A stretch of 14,557 nt of DNA from a virus. Its lineage: Duplodnaviria > Heunggongvirae > Uroviricota > Caudoviricetes. Positions 13,758-14,557 of this stretch are shown in pieces. Positions within the stretch are counted from its first letter, which is position 1. Each line of letters opens with the position of its first letter. Both the position numbers and the translations under genes were made by a program. The stretch lies in the IMG/VR virus record IMGVR_UViG_3300012347_000256, one strand, 5' to 3'. A model generated the notes under the pieces. It did not search any database. It saw only the letters and a program-made list of their open reading frames with translations, and was not told where the DNA came from.

Positions 13758-14144
13758 TCAATAATAAATTGAACCTAAACGATCATTGTGAGACTTACCT
13801 GATATTTTAGCATTGATGTAAAGCACTCGCTTGGACTTATGAGTTTTACGTTTGATATCTTCTTGATCAACAAACTGATTTATCTCCCATTTGTAATTGT
13901 CTTTATAATTTTTAAGTAAACCTTGCTTTTCTTCTTCAGTTAACTCATAGTTCCAATCGTTTTTATCTCTTTTACGCTCAAGAGAATAGTAATGCAGTAA
14001 ACCTTCAAAAGTCATTTTAGATAGTTCACCTTCAACCAATTTGTTGTCTATTTGCATGTAGTCGCCAACAATGCCATTCCAAAGAACAATCTCAGGATTA
14101 CCCTTGGTTTCTTGCAGCAGTTTAATAAGATCATTTTTACGCAT
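13758..14144 (-). CDS. Hypothetical protein (128 aa)
   Basis: RBS GAAAGG; packed between neighbours. Confidence 0.78.
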   Translation of the reverse strand: MRKNDLIKLLQETKGNPEIVLWNGIVGDYMQIDNKLVEGELSKMTFEGLLHYYSLERKRDKNDWNYELTEEEKQGLLKNYKDNYKWEINQFVDQEDIKRKTHKSKRVLYINAKISGKSHNDRLGSIYY

Positions 14145-14156
14145 GTTAACCTTTCA

Positions 14157-14555
14157 TCAATGACATTGACCCCAATTCATACCGGGGATGTATTCAAAGC
14201 CTAAGTCTACACGAAGTTTCAACTCTTCGCAAGCTTTTTTGATTCCTTCTTCAATACATTCTACAGGTACAGTTTTAAGTCCAACATAAGAACCTTTAGA
14301 ACCGTGACCAATAGCACTACAACCGGGATTAGCTTGAACGAATTCCTTTGCTTCATCTTCTGTTGCGAAGTTTTTAACTTTAAGTAAACTAGGATGGCAG
14401 GCCATTTGCTGTTCATCATGCATGTGAATCAACCACCAAACTTTGACATCCTTTTTAGTGTGCTTGAGTGGATCACCAAGAATACCACGTTCTTCCATAG
14501 CCTGAGCTAAACGAACAGCAGACCACTTAGCAGCAATAGCACCACCAGACTGGAA
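14157..14555 (-). CDS. Family A (T7-like) DNA polymerase, C-terminal part (5' end outside window)
   Basis: The frame stays open to the window edge: FQSGGAIAAKW...LIHMHDEQQ (motif C HDE)...EY..G.NW..CH. The ORF-track Met at 14498 is internal. Confidence 0.9.
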   Translation of the reverse strand, partial: FQSGGAIAAKWSAVRLAQAMEERGILGDPLKHTKKDVKVWWLIHMHDEQQMACHPSLLKVKNFATEDEAKEFVQANPGCSAIGHGSKGSYVGLKTVPVECIEEGIKKACEELKLRVDLGFEYIPGMNWGQCH

Positions 14556-14557
14556 TA

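Noticed and set aside
1-14557. CRISPR array, integrase/att site, intron or intein in nrdA/pol, stop-codon reassignment
   Set aside because: No regularly spaced repeats and no recombinase are visible; nrdA and the visible pol segment are uninterrupted; genes end at standard stops with normal lengths.

Overview
Fragment of a lytic tailed dsDNA phage genome (AT-rich, tightly packed genes, host sigma70-type promoters). It covers the junction between the end of a + strand lysis module (holin-like C-terminus, M15 L-Ala-D-Glu peptidase endolysin, bidirectional terminator) and a long - strand replication/nucleotide-metabolism arm. That arm, in transcription order, holds: the C-terminus of a T7-like family A DNA polymerase; small hypotheticals; an RNA-gene cluster; a nucleotidyltransferase-like protein; two tandem paralogs; SSB; a GapR/DsbA-like protein; a 5'-3' exonuclease; an HNH-AP2 homing endonuclease; an endonuclease VII-like resolvase; an HTH-DEDDy exonuclease; MazG-like and DUF5664 nucleotide hydrolases; and nrdB-nrdA-thioredoxin. 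The most unusual part is the ~460-nt RNA cluster (12524-12983) behind a TTGACA-N18-TATAAT promoter. It begins with a CCA-ending tRNA-Arg(UCU)-like RNA that has no D-arm; a D-loop-like sequence (UA-CCG-UAAUGGA) lies instead 3' of the anticodon arm. Two unidentified structured-RNA candidates follow, then a canonical tRNA with a CAU anticodon. All family assignments come from motif recognition by eye; no database searches were run.
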